Below, in pieces: positions 30,005 through 39,732 of a stretch of 64,000 nucleotides of DNA (positions are counted from its first letter, which is position 1; each line of letters starts with the position of its first letter). Source of the DNA: Candidatus Eutrophomonas brisbanensis. GTDB taxonomy: Bacteria; Pseudomonadota; Gammaproteobacteria; Burkholderiales; Eutrophovitaceae. Both the position numbers and the translations under genes were made by a program. The stretch is from the NCBI GenBank assembly GCA_038141705.1, contig JAYQIQ010000004.1, positions 775,135-839,134 on the forward strand, written 5' to 3'. Under the pieces are notes generated by a model. The model ran no database searches, was not told where the DNA came from, and saw only the letters and a program-made list of their open reading frames with translations.

Positions 30005-30799
30005 TTACTTGGAATCAACCCAATTAGGTTTGCGTTTTTCTAAGAAAGATTGAATACCTTCCTTACCTTCTTCTGATGCGCGTACTCGAGCAATCCGAGT
30101 TGCAGTTTCATTGATTAAATCGTCGCTAAACATCGAACGATCAATGAGATCAATGAGAGATTTGGTTTCGCGATGAGCATTGGTGCCGCCCCCGAGGATA
30201 TTTTCAAGAATAGAATCTACTGTCGACTGAAGTTGAGTGTCTGATACTGCTTCATGCACCAACCCGATACGCTTCGCCTCCATCGCATCAAATCGTTCTG
30301 CGCTCACCATGTATCGCGTCGCAGCTCTCCGACCAATCGCAGAAAAAACATATGGACCAATCGTTGCGGGGATCAAGCCGAGTTTGGTTTCCGATAAACA
30401 GAAGAGCGCACTATCCACACTGACTGCAATATCACAAGCAGAAACCAATCCCATACCACCTGCGAACGCGTGTCCGTTCACACACGCAATCGTAGGTTTT
30501 TTCATCTCATAAAGTGTGCGCAACATCAAAGCCAGCCGACTTGCATCTGCGCAATTCTCTTCGAATGAGTATCCAGACATCTTGCGCATCCAATTGAGAT
30601 CCGCACCCGCACAAAAAGCAGAACCTCGACCCGAGAGCACCATCACTTTTGAACTAGAATCTTTATCAATCGCAGAAAACGCTTCCGTGAGTTCCGCAAT
30701 CATTTGCTCATTGAATGCATTGCGGACATCGGGACGGTTGAGCCACACCCTAGCAACTTGCTGCTCTTGCTCAACCTGAATAGTTTCAAAATCTGTCAT
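30005..30799 (-). CDS. liuC: Enoyl-CoA hydratase (methylglutaconyl-CoA hydratase LiuC/AtuE-like)
   Basis: Crotonase fold with AFCAGADLNWM and GHAFAGGMGL. The gene lies between the ACAD and quinone oxidoreductase genes. Confidence 0.8.
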   Translation of the reverse strand: MTDFETIQVEQEQQVARVWLNRPDVRNAFNEQMIAELTEAFSAIDKDSSSKVMVLSGRGSAFCAGADLNWMRKMSGYSFEENCADASRLALMLRTLYEMKKPTIACVNGHAFAGGMGLVSACDIAVSVDSALFCLSETKLGLIPATIGPYVFSAIGRRAATRYMVSAERFDAMEAKRIGLVHEAVSDTQLQSTVDSILENILGGGTNAHRETKSLIDLIDRSMFSDDLINETATRIARVRASEEGKEGIQSFLEKRKPNWVDSK

Positions 30800-30808
30800 A
30801 AATGTGAC

Positions 30809-31950
30809 TTAAAAGTAAAGGCGTTTCGCAACTTCTTCTAACATTACCTCCGTTGCACCACCACCCACTGCGAGCACACGCGCATCTCTTACGAGCCGCT
30901 CGATTGGCGTTTCTCTCATGTATCCCATGCCGCCATGGAATTGTTGACAGGTATACATGACTTCATTCACGAGCTCTCCGGTGAGCGCTTTGAGCATTGA
31001 AACTTCTTTGACACACTCCTTATTCTCATTGACAAGCCAGGCGCAGTGGTACAGGTAGGATCGCGCTGCTTCCGTTTTTGCGGCAAGCATGGAAAGACGT
31101 TGGCGAATAACTTGTTTATCGAAAAGATTGCCACCAAACGCTTTTCGCTCTTTGACCCATTGGGTTGTGAGTTTCAATGCGGTGAGCGCATGTCCTACTG
31201 CCATCGCGCCAAGCGCAATACGCTCAATTTGGAAGTTTTGCATAACCGCATAAAAACCACGATTCTCTTCTCCAAGAAGATTTTCCGCAGGCACTCGACA
31301 GTTATCGAAAATGAGTTCTGCAGTATCCGAACTATGCCAACCATGTTTGTTGAGTGAACGCCCCACTGAAAATCCAGGAGTACCTTTTTCAACAATAAAC
31401 ATGGAGATCCCACGAGAACCCTTTGCCTCGGGATCTGTTTTCGCTGCAACAAAGTACAGATCTGCATGTACGCCGTTCGTGATAAACATCTTGGTGCCGT
31501 TAATCACATAATCATTCCCATCGCGCTTGGCGTTTGTGCGAATGCCTGCAACATCGGAACCTGCGTCAGGCTCACTCACCCCAACCGCAGATATTTTTTC
31601 ACCAGAAATAAGACTGGGAAGATATTTTCCTTCTGCTCTTTACTGCCCGCATGCACGAGATGCGGGGAGGCCATATCGGTATGTACGAGTACGGTTACGA
31701 TAAAACCACCAAAAGTCGATCTCGACAAAGCCTCTTGGAATACTACAGAGGTCATGAAATCCGCTTCCGCACCACCATATTCAGATGAATAGGTCATTCC
31801 AAGCCATCCGAGTTGCCCTATCTTTCTTAGGACTTCACGAGGCGTAAACCCTTGTGCCTCCCATTTCTCGCCATGCGGCTCGACTTCTTTTTCTAAAAAA
31901 CGCGCGACTTGTTCTCTTAGTGCTTCATGTTCAGGTGTGGTGTAAATCAT
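30809..31950 (-). pseudogene. liuA: Acyl-CoA dehydrogenase of the isovaleryl-CoA/long-chain type (LiuA/AtuD-like), frameshifted
   Basis: SEPDAGSDVAGIRT. GGGAT occupies the position of the MCAD YEGT catalytic base, and QIERIAL carries a candidate IVD-type base. The frames join (QKEKYLPSLISGEKISAVGVSEP) if the T4 run at 31625-31628 is T5. Confidence 0.75.
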
Positions 31951-31966
31951 CAACAAGCTTTCAAAA

Positions 31967-33574
31967 CTACATTCGGAAAACGCCGAACCGTGTCTCCGGA
32001 ATTGGAGCATTTAATGATGCAGACAACGCTAGACTTAAAACCGTTCGCGTTTGTGCGGGGTCAATCACCCCGTCATCCCAAAGGCGGGCCGACGCATAGT
32101 ATGGATGACCTTGTTTTTCATATTGATCAAGAAGCGGTACTTTAAAATGAGCTTCCTCCTCTTTCGACCAGGACTTTCCAGATTTTTCAAGTCCATCGCG
32201 TTTTACAGTTGCGAGCACGCTGGCCGCTTGCTCACCCCCCATAATCGAAATGCGCGCGTTCGGCCACATCCATAAAAATCGTGGCGAATACGCTCGGCCG
32301 CACATGCCATAGTTACCCGCGCCAAACGAGCCTCCAATAATCACCGTGAACTTGGGAACCTGCGCAGTTGCAACCGCCGTGACCATTTTTGCACCATCTT
32401 TTGCAATCCCACTCGACTCGTATTTTTCTCCAACCATGAAGCCCGTGATGTTTTGCAAGAAAACGAGCGGTATTTTTCGCTGCGCACACAACTCGATAAA
32501 GTGAGCACCTTTGAGGGCTGACTCAGAAAATAAAATACCGTTATTCGCAACAATCCCAACTGGATAACCTTCGATACGAGCGAATCCAGTTACTAACGTT
32601 GAGCCGTAGAGTGGTTTAAATTCGTCTAGCTCGCTCCCATCCACCATACGCGCAATAATTTCTCGTACGTCGTAGGGTTTTCGAGAGTCTGATGGAACCA
32701 CGCCATAAATTTCTTCACTCGCGTAAATTGGAGCGATTGGCTCACGCGTCTCAAGCGAAATCGTTTTCTTACTATTCAGATTACTGACGATCGTTCGAAC
32801 GATTTCTAGTGCGTGCTGGTCATTTTGCGCGTAGTGATCGACAACACCCGAGCGTTTCGCGTGAACATCCGCTCCACCCAGCGTTTCCGCATCCACGATC
32901 TCCCCAGTTGCCGCTTTTACAAGGGGCGGTCCACCTAAAAAAATCGTACCCTGGTTTTTCACTATCACAGTCTCATCAGACATCGCAGGCACATAAGCAC
33001 CTCCAGCAGTACACGATCCCATGACACACGCGATCTGCGGAATACCCGCAGCAGACATATTCGCTTGGTTAAAAAAGATCCGACCGAAATGTTCGCGATC
33101 GGCAAAAATTTCATCTTGATTGGGGAGATTCCCACCACCTGAGTCAACGAGGTAAATACATGGCAATCGATTTTGTAATGCAACCTCTTGTGCTCGTAAA
33201 TGTTTTTTCACGGTCATCGGGAAATACGTTCCGCCCTTCACGGTTGCATCGTTTGCGATGATCAAACACTCGCGTCCCGACACCCGACCAATTCCCGTCA
33301 ATATCCCAGCCGAGGGCACTACCCCGTCATACATCCCGAATGCAGCCAATTGAGAGAGCTCTAAAAATGGAGAACCCTCATCAAGGAGTGCATCAATCCG
33401 GTCTCGAGGAAGCAATTTTCCACGATCCAAATGTTTTTTTCGTGCCGCTTCAGTGCCACCTTGTGAGACCTCGGTACATTTCTCACGCAAATCATCGACC
33501 AACGCGGTCATGGTCTTGCTGTTTTGAACGAAGTCGTCCGAGCGCGTATTTAGTTTTGATTTAATTTGAGGCAT
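31967..33574 (-). CDS. mccB: Methylcrotonyl-/geranyl-CoA carboxylase beta (carboxyltransferase) subunit
   Basis: 535-aa carboxyltransferase: [24 protein letters not shown] and [17 protein letters not shown]. Confidence 0.9.
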   Translation of the reverse strand: MPQIKSKLNTRSDDFVQNSKTMTALVDDLREKCTEVSQGGTEAARKKHLDRGKLLPRDRIDALLDEGSPFLELSQLAAFGMYDGVVPSAGILTGIGRVSGRECLIIANDATVKGGTYFPMTVKKHLRAQEVALQNRLPCIYLVDSGGGNLPNQDEIFADREHFGRIFFNQANMSAAGIPQIACVMGSCTAGGAYVPAMSDETVIVKNQGTIFLGGPPLVKAATGEIVDAETLGGADVHAKRSGVVDHYAQNDQHALEIVRTIVSNLNSKKTISLETREPIAPIYASEEIYGVVPSDSRKPYDVREIIARMVDGSELDEFKPLYGSTLVTGFARIEGYPVGIVANNGILFSESALKGAHFIELCAQRKIPLVFLQNITGFMVGEKYESSGIAKDGAKMVTAVATAQVPKFTVIIGGSFGAGNYGMCGRAYSPRFLWMWPNARISIMGGEQAASVLATVKRDGLEKSGKSWSKEEEAHFKVPLLDQYEKQGHPYYASARLWDDGVIDPAQTRTVLSLALSASLNAPIPETRFGVFRM

Positions 33575-33586
33575 ACACCCTAACCG

Positions 33587-33979
33587 TTATTGTTTCTGGG
33601 AAACTGGTCCACCAGATTTTTTCCAATTGCCAAAGCCACCTTCGATATGCGCAACATTCTCAAGGCCCATTTCCTGCACTACACGCGTTGCCAACGCTGA
33701 GCGCCAAGCCGAAGCGCAGTAAAAATAAAAAGTCTTACCGCTGCCAAAAATTTCTTTGTAATACGGACTATCGGGGTCGATCCAAAACTCAATCATACCG
33801 CGTGGGGCATGAAAGGCCCCTGGGATCATGCCATCTCGCTCAAGCTCGCGAACATCTCGTATATCAACAAAAACAATGTTTGAATCATCAACCTTCTCGA
33901 TCGCTTCTTGAATCGGTATCGTCGTTACCAGCGCGTTGGCCTCAGCGACCAGATCTTTACATCCTTTTTTTAGTGCCAT
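33587..33979 (-). CDS. Single-domain rhodanese (sulfurtransferase)
   Basis: Active-site loop CASAWRS in a 130-aa rhodanese-fold protein. Confidence 0.8.
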   Translation of the reverse strand: MALKKGCKDLVAEANALVTTIPIQEAIEKVDDSNIVFVDIRDVRELERDGMIPGAFHAPRGMIEFWIDPDSPYYKEIFGSGKTFYFYCASAWRSALATRVVQEMGLENVAHIEGGFGNWKKSGGPVSQKQ

Positions 33980-33991
33980 TTTGTTTCCTTA

Positions 33992-34603
33992 TTAGAATCC
34001 ACCGCGCTTGAGCCACTCTCGAACGTGCTCGATTCGATCCGAACCCCAAAAAGGCTCTCCATCCACAATCATAAAGGGAGATCCGAATACCCCTTTTTCG
34101 ATAGCAGCATCACAGGCGTTTTTGAGTTTTTCCTTCACTGCGGGATCTTGAGCAGCTGCGAGTAACTCCTCTTCGGTGCCGTGAACCTTCGCAACGACTT
34201 TCGCAGCCACTTCGGGTGTAGAAATATCTAAGCCTTCGACAAAATAAGCCTGGTATAGAGCCAAAATCACAGCTTCCTGTTTCTCCGGCGCTTGATCCTG
34301 AACCCAATAAAACATTCGACAGGGCGCTTGCGAGGAAATCGGAAACTTTGCAGGTTCTTTATAGGGAATCTTTAATAATCGCGATACTCGCTCCATATCT
34401 CGTCGGCTGTACTCACCTTTGAGCGGCACCATCGGAAGTGGTGTTCCGCCAGTTACTTTTAATACGGCCCCAATCATGAAAGGTTTCCACTCGACCGTTC
34501 GACCAAACTCATTCGCAACTTCCCCAATACTGGAAGCAGCAAAGTAACCATACGGAGAAGAAAAATCTAAATAAAACTCAATTGCATTTTTTGCATCAGA
34601 CAT
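33992..34603 (-). CDS. DsbA-family 2-hydroxychromene-2-carboxylate isomerase / GST-kappa-like protein
   Basis: IEFYLDFSSPYGYFA N-terminus and C-terminal GVFGSPFMIVDGEPFWGSDR, typical of the HCCA isomerase family. Confidence 0.8.
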   Translation of the reverse strand: MSDAKNAIEFYLDFSSPYGYFAASSIGEVANEFGRTVEWKPFMIGAVLKVTGGTPLPMVPLKGEYSRRDMERVSRLLKIPYKEPAKFPISSQAPCRMFYWVQDQAPEKQEAVILALYQAYFVEGLDISTPEVAAKVVAKVHGTEEELLAAAQDPAVKEKLKNACDAAIEKGVFGSPFMIVDGEPFWGSDRIEHVREWLKRGGF

Positions 34604-34621
34604 CCGACCACCCCCAAATCA

Positions 34622-35812
34622 CTAAAGATCCATCATTTCAATTGCCACAGCAGTAGCCTCTCCGCCACCGATACAGAGCGCAGCAACCCCAGTTTTCAGT
34701 TTATTTTTTCGAAGCGCACCAATTAAGGTCACGAGGATTCGCGCACCGGATGCCCCAATCGGATGACCCAGAGCACATGCTCCTCCATGTACGTTCACCT
34801 TTTCTGGATCCAACTTGTGATCTCGAATCGCGGCCATGGTCACAACCGCAAACGCTTCGTTGATCTCATACAAATCGACATCCGTAGCGCTCCAGCCAGT
34901 TTTTTCAAATAATTTTTTCATTGCTCCTACAGGAGCTGTTGTGAAGAGTCCTGGCTCTTGCGCGTGGGTTGCATGCGCAACAATCCTCGCAATCGGTTTT
35001 ATTCCCAAGGCATCGGCGGTGGCTTGATTGGTCATCACCAAAGCTGCAGCCCCGTCGGAAATAGAACTACTGTTTGCAGCCGTTACCGTTCCATCTTTTC
35101 TGAAGGCTGGTCGAAGGCTCGGTATTTTTTCGAGGTTTGCCCGGAAAGGTTGCTCATCTTTTTCTATAAACTCTTCTCGCTTGCCCTTAGTCACCGTCAC
35201 TGGGATTGTTTCCCATGCGAATGATCCATCTTCGTTCGCGCGCTTTGCCTTTTCCAACGAGTGAATCGCAAAATTGTCTTGCTCTTCCCGTGTAAATGCA
35301 TATTTGCCCGCGCAGTCCTCGGCAAATGTTCCCATGAGGCGGCCTTTGTCATACGCATCTTCAAGACCATCCAAGAACATATGATCAAAAACCTCGTTGT
35401 GCCCCATGCGATAACCTGATCGTGCCTTCGGCAGCAAGTAAGGGGCATTCGTCATACTCTCCATCCCCCCTGCAACCACCATATTGGCGCTACCTGCCTT
35501 AATCAAGTCATGAGAAAACATCACGGCTTTCATTCCCGATCCACACATTTTATTAATCGTGGTGCACCCAGCGGACAAAGCCAGCGAAGCACCCAGTGAC
35601 GCCTGTCTTGCAGGCGCTTGTCCTTGCCCGGCGGGTAAGACGCATCCCATAACGACCTCTTCAACCGACTCGGGCTTTATCGCAGAGCGCTCAATTGCAG
35701 CCTGGATTGCCGCGGCACCGAGTTGTGCAGCAGTAAAATCCTTCAACGCTCCCTGAAACCCTCCCATAGGGGTTCTTGCAACGGACAAAATAACTACATC
35801 ACTGTCACTCAT
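34622..35812 (-). CDS. Acetyl-CoA C-acetyltransferase (thiolase II)
   Basis: Catalytic Cys region INKMCGSGMKAV and C-terminal NVHGGACALGHPIGASG...CIGGGEA. Confidence 0.9.
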   Translation of the reverse strand: MSDSDVVILSVARTPMGGFQGALKDFTAAQLGAAAIQAAIERSAIKPESVEEVVMGCVLPAGQGQAPARQASLGASLALSAGCTTINKMCGSGMKAVMFSHDLIKAGSANMVVAGGMESMTNAPYLLPKARSGYRMGHNEVFDHMFLDGLEDAYDKGRLMGTFAEDCAGKYAFTREEQDNFAIHSLEKAKRANEDGSFAWETIPVTVTKGKREEFIEKDEQPFRANLEKIPSLRPAFRKDGTVTAANSSSISDGAAALVMTNQATADALGIKPIARIVAHATHAQEPGLFTTAPVGAMKKLFEKTGWSATDVDLYEINEAFAVVTMAAIRDHKLDPEKVNVHGGACALGHPIGASGARILVTLIGALRKNKLKTGVAALCIGGGEATAVAIEMMDL

Positions 35813-35967
35813 CTTTTTTCCTAAAAAATTTGTGGATCGCGATTAAAAATCTTTTATCCGATCCCTAAAAATTCAATGATACCCGTCTCAATCAAAAACG
35901 GCTCGGGAAGTAGCTAGTTTTACTTACTCTATAATGGCGTCTGTTTTAGCTCGAAGCACCCTCAATC

Positions 35968-37008
35968 GTGCGCGCTTACATGAATCCCGAATTACAGTTT
36001 CCTTTTTCTGAACCGCCCGAGGGCGGTGAAATGTTTGAGATCAACGAGAATCTACGTTGGATTCGTATGGCTCTGCCGTTTGCGCTCAACCACATCAATT
36101 TATGGCTAATCAGAGACGCAAAAGGATGGACAGCAGTCGATTCTGGGATTGCGAACGACGCGACGCGACATTGTTGGAGCAATATTCTTGGTCACACTGA
36201 CTTGCGAGACGGACTAAATAAAGTCGTTATCACGCATTACCACCCTGATCATATGGGGAACGCCAGTTGGCTCTCGAAAAAAATGGATGCACCGGTTTGG
36301 ATTAGCGAGCAAGAATTTGAAACCGGAAAATCTGTGCATCGTGCATCCCCAGGTTACGATCCTGGATCGGTGTCTACATTTTTTCAGCTCAATGGCCTCC
36401 CAAAGGATCAAGCGGATCTCGCTGCCCAAAAAGGGGCTCACTACCCACAACTCGTAGATGAGTTGCCAGAAAATCCGAATACCTTGAAAGACAAACAAAC
36501 CCTCGATATCGGACACTCCATTTGGGAAACCATTGAAGGTACTGGGCACTCACCCGAGCACGTGGCACTTTTCAATGCTTCAAATAAAGTACTGATTTCG
36601 GGTGATATGTTGCTTCCAAAAATCACCACGAATGTTGCAGTTTATCCTTCTCACCCAGACAGCAACCCGCTTGCGGCATTCTTACAATCAATTGAGCGAT
36701 TTCTTTCAATTCCAGACTCAACGCTGGTGTTGCCATCCCATGGGTTACCTTTTTACGGCGTTAGCGCGAGGGTGAGGCAACTCAAGGCTCATCATGAATA
36801 TCGACTCGCGCGAGTCGCGGAACTTTGTGACACTCCAAAAAGTGCGTTTGAAGTTTTACCGGCGCTCTTTGATCGGGAGTTAGATGCGTATCAAACATTT
36901 TTTGCTATGGGAGAAGCCGTGGCTCACTTGCATTATTTATGGTCTGCAGGAGAGCTTGCACGGATTCACGGCAGTGATAAAAAAACTTTAAAATTTACAA
37001 AAGCCTAA
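35968..37008 (+). CDS. MBL-fold metallo-hydrolase
   Basis: HxHxDH motif (THYHPDHMGN) plus downstream His/Asp ligands (GHSPEH, GD). The start could be the ATG at 35980 instead. Confidence 0.75.
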   Translation: MRAYMNPELQFPFSEPPEGGEMFEINENLRWIRMALPFALNHINLWLIRDAKGWTAVDSGIANDATRHCWSNILGHTDLRDGLNKVVITHYHPDHMGNASWLSKKMDAPVWISEQEFETGKSVHRASPGYDPGSVSTFFQLNGLPKDQADLAAQKGAHYPQLVDELPENPNTLKDKQTLDIGHSIWETIEGTGHSPEHVALFNASNKVLISGDMLLPKITTNVAVYPSHPDSNPLAAFLQSIERFLSIPDSTLVLPSHGLPFYGVSARVRQLKAHHEYRLARVAELCDTPKSAFEVLPALFDRELDAYQTFFAMGEAVAHLHYLWSAGELARIHGSDKKTLKFTKA

Positions 37009-37026
37009 ATTAGAGATCGTGGCGAA

Positions 37027-37674
37027 ATGAACGAGTTAACGCTCCGTAAAAATATTATCCGCACTGCGCTGGAAATGAATGCACTTGGAGTGAACCGTGG
37101 CACTTCCGGGAATGTCAGCGCACGCTTTAAGAACGGCTTTCTCATCACCCCTTCAGGACTGGCTTACGATAAAACGAAACCTTCGGATATTGTCTTCGTC
37201 GATAACAAAGGAAAACCTTCTGGACGGTACGCGCCTTCCTCCGAGTGGCGATTCCATCACGACATATACTTGAACCGGCAAGATGTTGAGGCGATCGTCC
37301 ATACGCATTCGAGCTTTGCAACGACACTATCTTGTTTGCATAAAAGCGTGCCCGCTTTTCATTACATGATTGCGGTCTGTGGTGGCTCTGACATTCGTTG
37401 TGCCCCGTACGCGACCTTCGGAACGCAAGCATTATCGGATCATGCGGTCAAAGCTCTTCGAGATCGTAAGGCGTGTCTTCTCGCAAATCACGGAATGATT
37501 TGTGTTGGAACGACGCTTGAAAACACGCTGAAATTAGCAGTTGAAACCGAAGCGCTGTGTGAGCAGTACTGGAGAGCACTGCAAATCGGAAAACCAAAAA
37601 TTCTTTCTAAAAAAGAAATGAACGTTGTCTTGAAGAAATTTCAAACCTACGGGCAAGCGAAAAAAAGATCATAA
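37027..37674 (+). CDS. Class II aldolase/adducin-family protein
   Basis: NRGTSGNVSAR phosphate-binding loop and His ligands (HTHS...). About 215 aa, typical for the family. Confidence 0.75.
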   Translation: MNELTLRKNIIRTALEMNALGVNRGTSGNVSARFKNGFLITPSGLAYDKTKPSDIVFVDNKGKPSGRYAPSSEWRFHHDIYLNRQDVEAIVHTHSSFATTLSCLHKSVPAFHYMIAVCGGSDIRCAPYATFGTQALSDHAVKALRDRKACLLANHGMICVGTTLENTLKLAVETEALCEQYWRALQIGKPKILSKKEMNVVLKKFQTYGQAKKRS

Positions 37675-37696
37675 TTAAAAAGTAAAAGTTGTCGAA

Positions 37697-39586
37697 TTGA
37701 CGTTTATGCCTACATCAAAAAAAGATGAAAAATTAGCGACGACCCAACTGGATGTAAACGAGTGGCTCTCGTTATGGAATGAAATCACCGAAGTGGGTAC
37801 GCGTGCAACACAAGCATATGTCACTCACAGTGTGGCGAAACTGAACGAAGAGCAGACAGACGATATCGGAGCCACTAAAGCATTTTCTGAGTTTGCAAAA
37901 CATCTTTTTAGTAACCCTGAGAAGTTATCCGAAGCAGCCAGTAACTATTGGAAAGATCAACTGGAGCTTTGGCAAGAGTGGCTCACGAATAGCGATCAGA
38001 ATGCTCCTGCTAAAACGAAAAAACGCGACCCACGGTTTCGAAACGAGCTTTGGGATACATGGTTATTTGATTATGTGAAGAATGCGTACTTTTTGGCAGC
38101 GGGACACTTGCAAGATGCAGTCAAAAATGTCGACGGGTTAGACGAATCAACGAGCCAGAAAGTAAAGTTTTTCACGAAGCAGTATATCGATGCGCTGTCT
38201 CCTACCAATTTTGCTGCGACGAATCCTGAAGTCCTGCAAACAACACTTCAGACGGGCGGTCGCAATTTAGTCGATGGATACCGAAACCTACTTCGTGACA
38301 TTGCACGAGGCGAAGGACAGCTTGCCATCAAAATGGTCGATCCCAATGCGTTCGAGCTAGGTAAGAATGTTGCGAGTACCCCTGGAGCAGTTGTTTTTGA
38401 AAATGACTTGATGCAGCTAATCCAATATGCTCCCAGCACTCCAAAAGTGAACAGCACACCGCTTCTGATCGTGCCACCTTGGATCAATAAGTATTACATC
38501 CTGGATTTACGACCTGACAACTCATTTATCAAATGGGCAATTGAACAAGGACACACGGTATATGTGATCTCTTGGGTGAACCCAGATGGAAAACTAGCCC
38601 ATAAAACGTTTGACGATTACTTACTCGAGGGCCCTCTTGCTGCGCTCGATTACATCGAGAAAACCAATCAAGTCGAGTCGACCAATGTGATCGGCTATTG
38701 TCTTGGGGGCACTCTTACCGCTGTGATGCTTGGCTGGCTAAAAGCGAACGACCAAGCGGAGCGTGTTTCGAGCGCCACTTTCTTTACGACGATGATCGAC
38801 TTTGAAAACCCAGGAGAGCTTGGTGTTTTCGTCGATGCAGAAGGTATTGATACGCTCGAGAAGAAAATGGCAACTCGAGGTTTTCTCGAGGGCTCCGAGA
38901 TGGCATCAACGTTTAATTTATTGAGAGCGAATGATCTGATCTGGTCCTTTGTAATCAACAATTATTTATTGGGCAAAGAACCCATGCCATTTGACCTGTT
39001 GTTCTGGAATTCCGACGCAACCAGAATGCCCGCGAAAATGCACTCGTTTTATTTGCGGCAAATGTATATTCATAATCGATTACGTGAACCCGGGGCACTC
39101 GAAATCGCCGGCGCTCGAATTGATCTATCGAAAGTTACAACACCGACCTACTTCATCTCGACCCGCGATGACCATATCGCGCCTTGGAAATCTACATTTG
39201 CTGGAGCGAAACTGTTTGGCGGAGATACAACCTTTGTTCTTGGCGGCTCGGGCCATATCGCTGGCATCGTGAATCCACCGACTGTGGAGAAATATTGTCA
39301 TTGGACCAATGCCGGACTCTCTCACGACGCAAATACATGGCTGGAAACTGCAGATGAAACTCCAGGATCTTGGTGGCCCCACTGGAAAAACTGGGTTTCC
39401 AAGCGATCGGGAAAGAAAGTAGAAGCGCGTAAGCTTGGTGCCAATAAACAAAAAATTATCGAAGAGGCACCCGGCACCTACGCGAAGAATCGGCTTGATA
39501 CCGCCGCCAAACCCAAGACGGCAAGCAAACCTAAAAGCACTAAAAAAACGCCCACGAAACGAAAGTCAGCGAAAAAGACTAGCTAA
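37697..39586 (+). CDS. phaC: Class I poly(R)-hydroxyalkanoate synthase with a Lys/Pro/Thr-rich C-terminal tail
   Basis: Lipase-box variant GYCLGG and alpha/beta-hydrolase core. The C-terminal 29 aa are DTAAKPKTASKPKSTKKTPTKRKSAKKTS. The start is TTG at 37697 or ATG at 37706. Confidence 0.9.
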   Translation: MTFMPTSKKDEKLATTQLDVNEWLSLWNEITEVGTRATQAYVTHSVAKLNEEQTDDIGATKAFSEFAKHLFSNPEKLSEAASNYWKDQLELWQEWLTNSDQNAPAKTKKRDPRFRNELWDTWLFDYVKNAYFLAAGHLQDAVKNVDGLDESTSQKVKFFTKQYIDALSPTNFAATNPEVLQTTLQTGGRNLVDGYRNLLRDIARGEGQLAIKMVDPNAFELGKNVASTPGAVVFENDLMQLIQYAPSTPKVNSTPLLIVPPWINKYYILDLRPDNSFIKWAIEQGHTVYVISWVNPDGKLAHKTFDDYLLEGPLAALDYIEKTNQVESTNVIGYCLGGTLTAVMLGWLKANDQAERVSSATFFTTMIDFENPGELGVFVDAEGIDTLEKKMATRGFLEGSEMASTFNLLRANDLIWSFVINNYLLGKEPMPFDLLFWNSDATRMPAKMHSFYLRQMYIHNRLREPGALEIAGARIDLSKVTTPTYFISTRDDHIAPWKSTFAGAKLFGGDTTFVLGGSGHIAGIVNPPTVEKYCHWTNAGLSHDANTWLETADETPGSWWPHWKNWVSKRSGKKVEARKLGANKQKIIEEAPGTYAKNRLDTAAKPKTASKPKSTKKTPTKRKSAKKTS

Positions 39587-39619
39587 AGGCGCTGTAGCAT
39601 CGCTCAGACCTGTTTGACT

Positions 39620-39642
39620 ATTGATCGTTTTATTCGATCAAT
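39620..39642. promoter_or_regulatory. Inverted repeat ATTGATCG-N7-CGATCAAT, a candidate operator upstream of the Prx-Grx gene
   Basis: Perfect 8-bp arms at 39620-39627 and 39635-39642. A third CGATCAAT copy lies at 39666-39673, about 60-110 nt upstream of the ATG at 39733. Confidence 0.35.
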
Positions 39643-39732
39643 ATGTTTATTTTATTTCATTGGACCGATCAATGGTAATCCCTCAAAATTCAGCCATTCC
39701 TTCAACTTTAGACGGATTTAAAGGAGAAACAC

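Noticed and set aside
39435-39617. The PhaC Lys/Pro-rich tail considered as a frameshift artefact. An alternative-frame ORF, 39435..39617, exists.
   Set aside because: The tail begins exactly where class I PhaC sequences normally end. It has a coherent AKP/TKK repeat-like composition, and the alternative frames give either an immediate stop or an Arg/Pro-rich nonsense peptide. I kept it as a real feature pending read-level confirmation.
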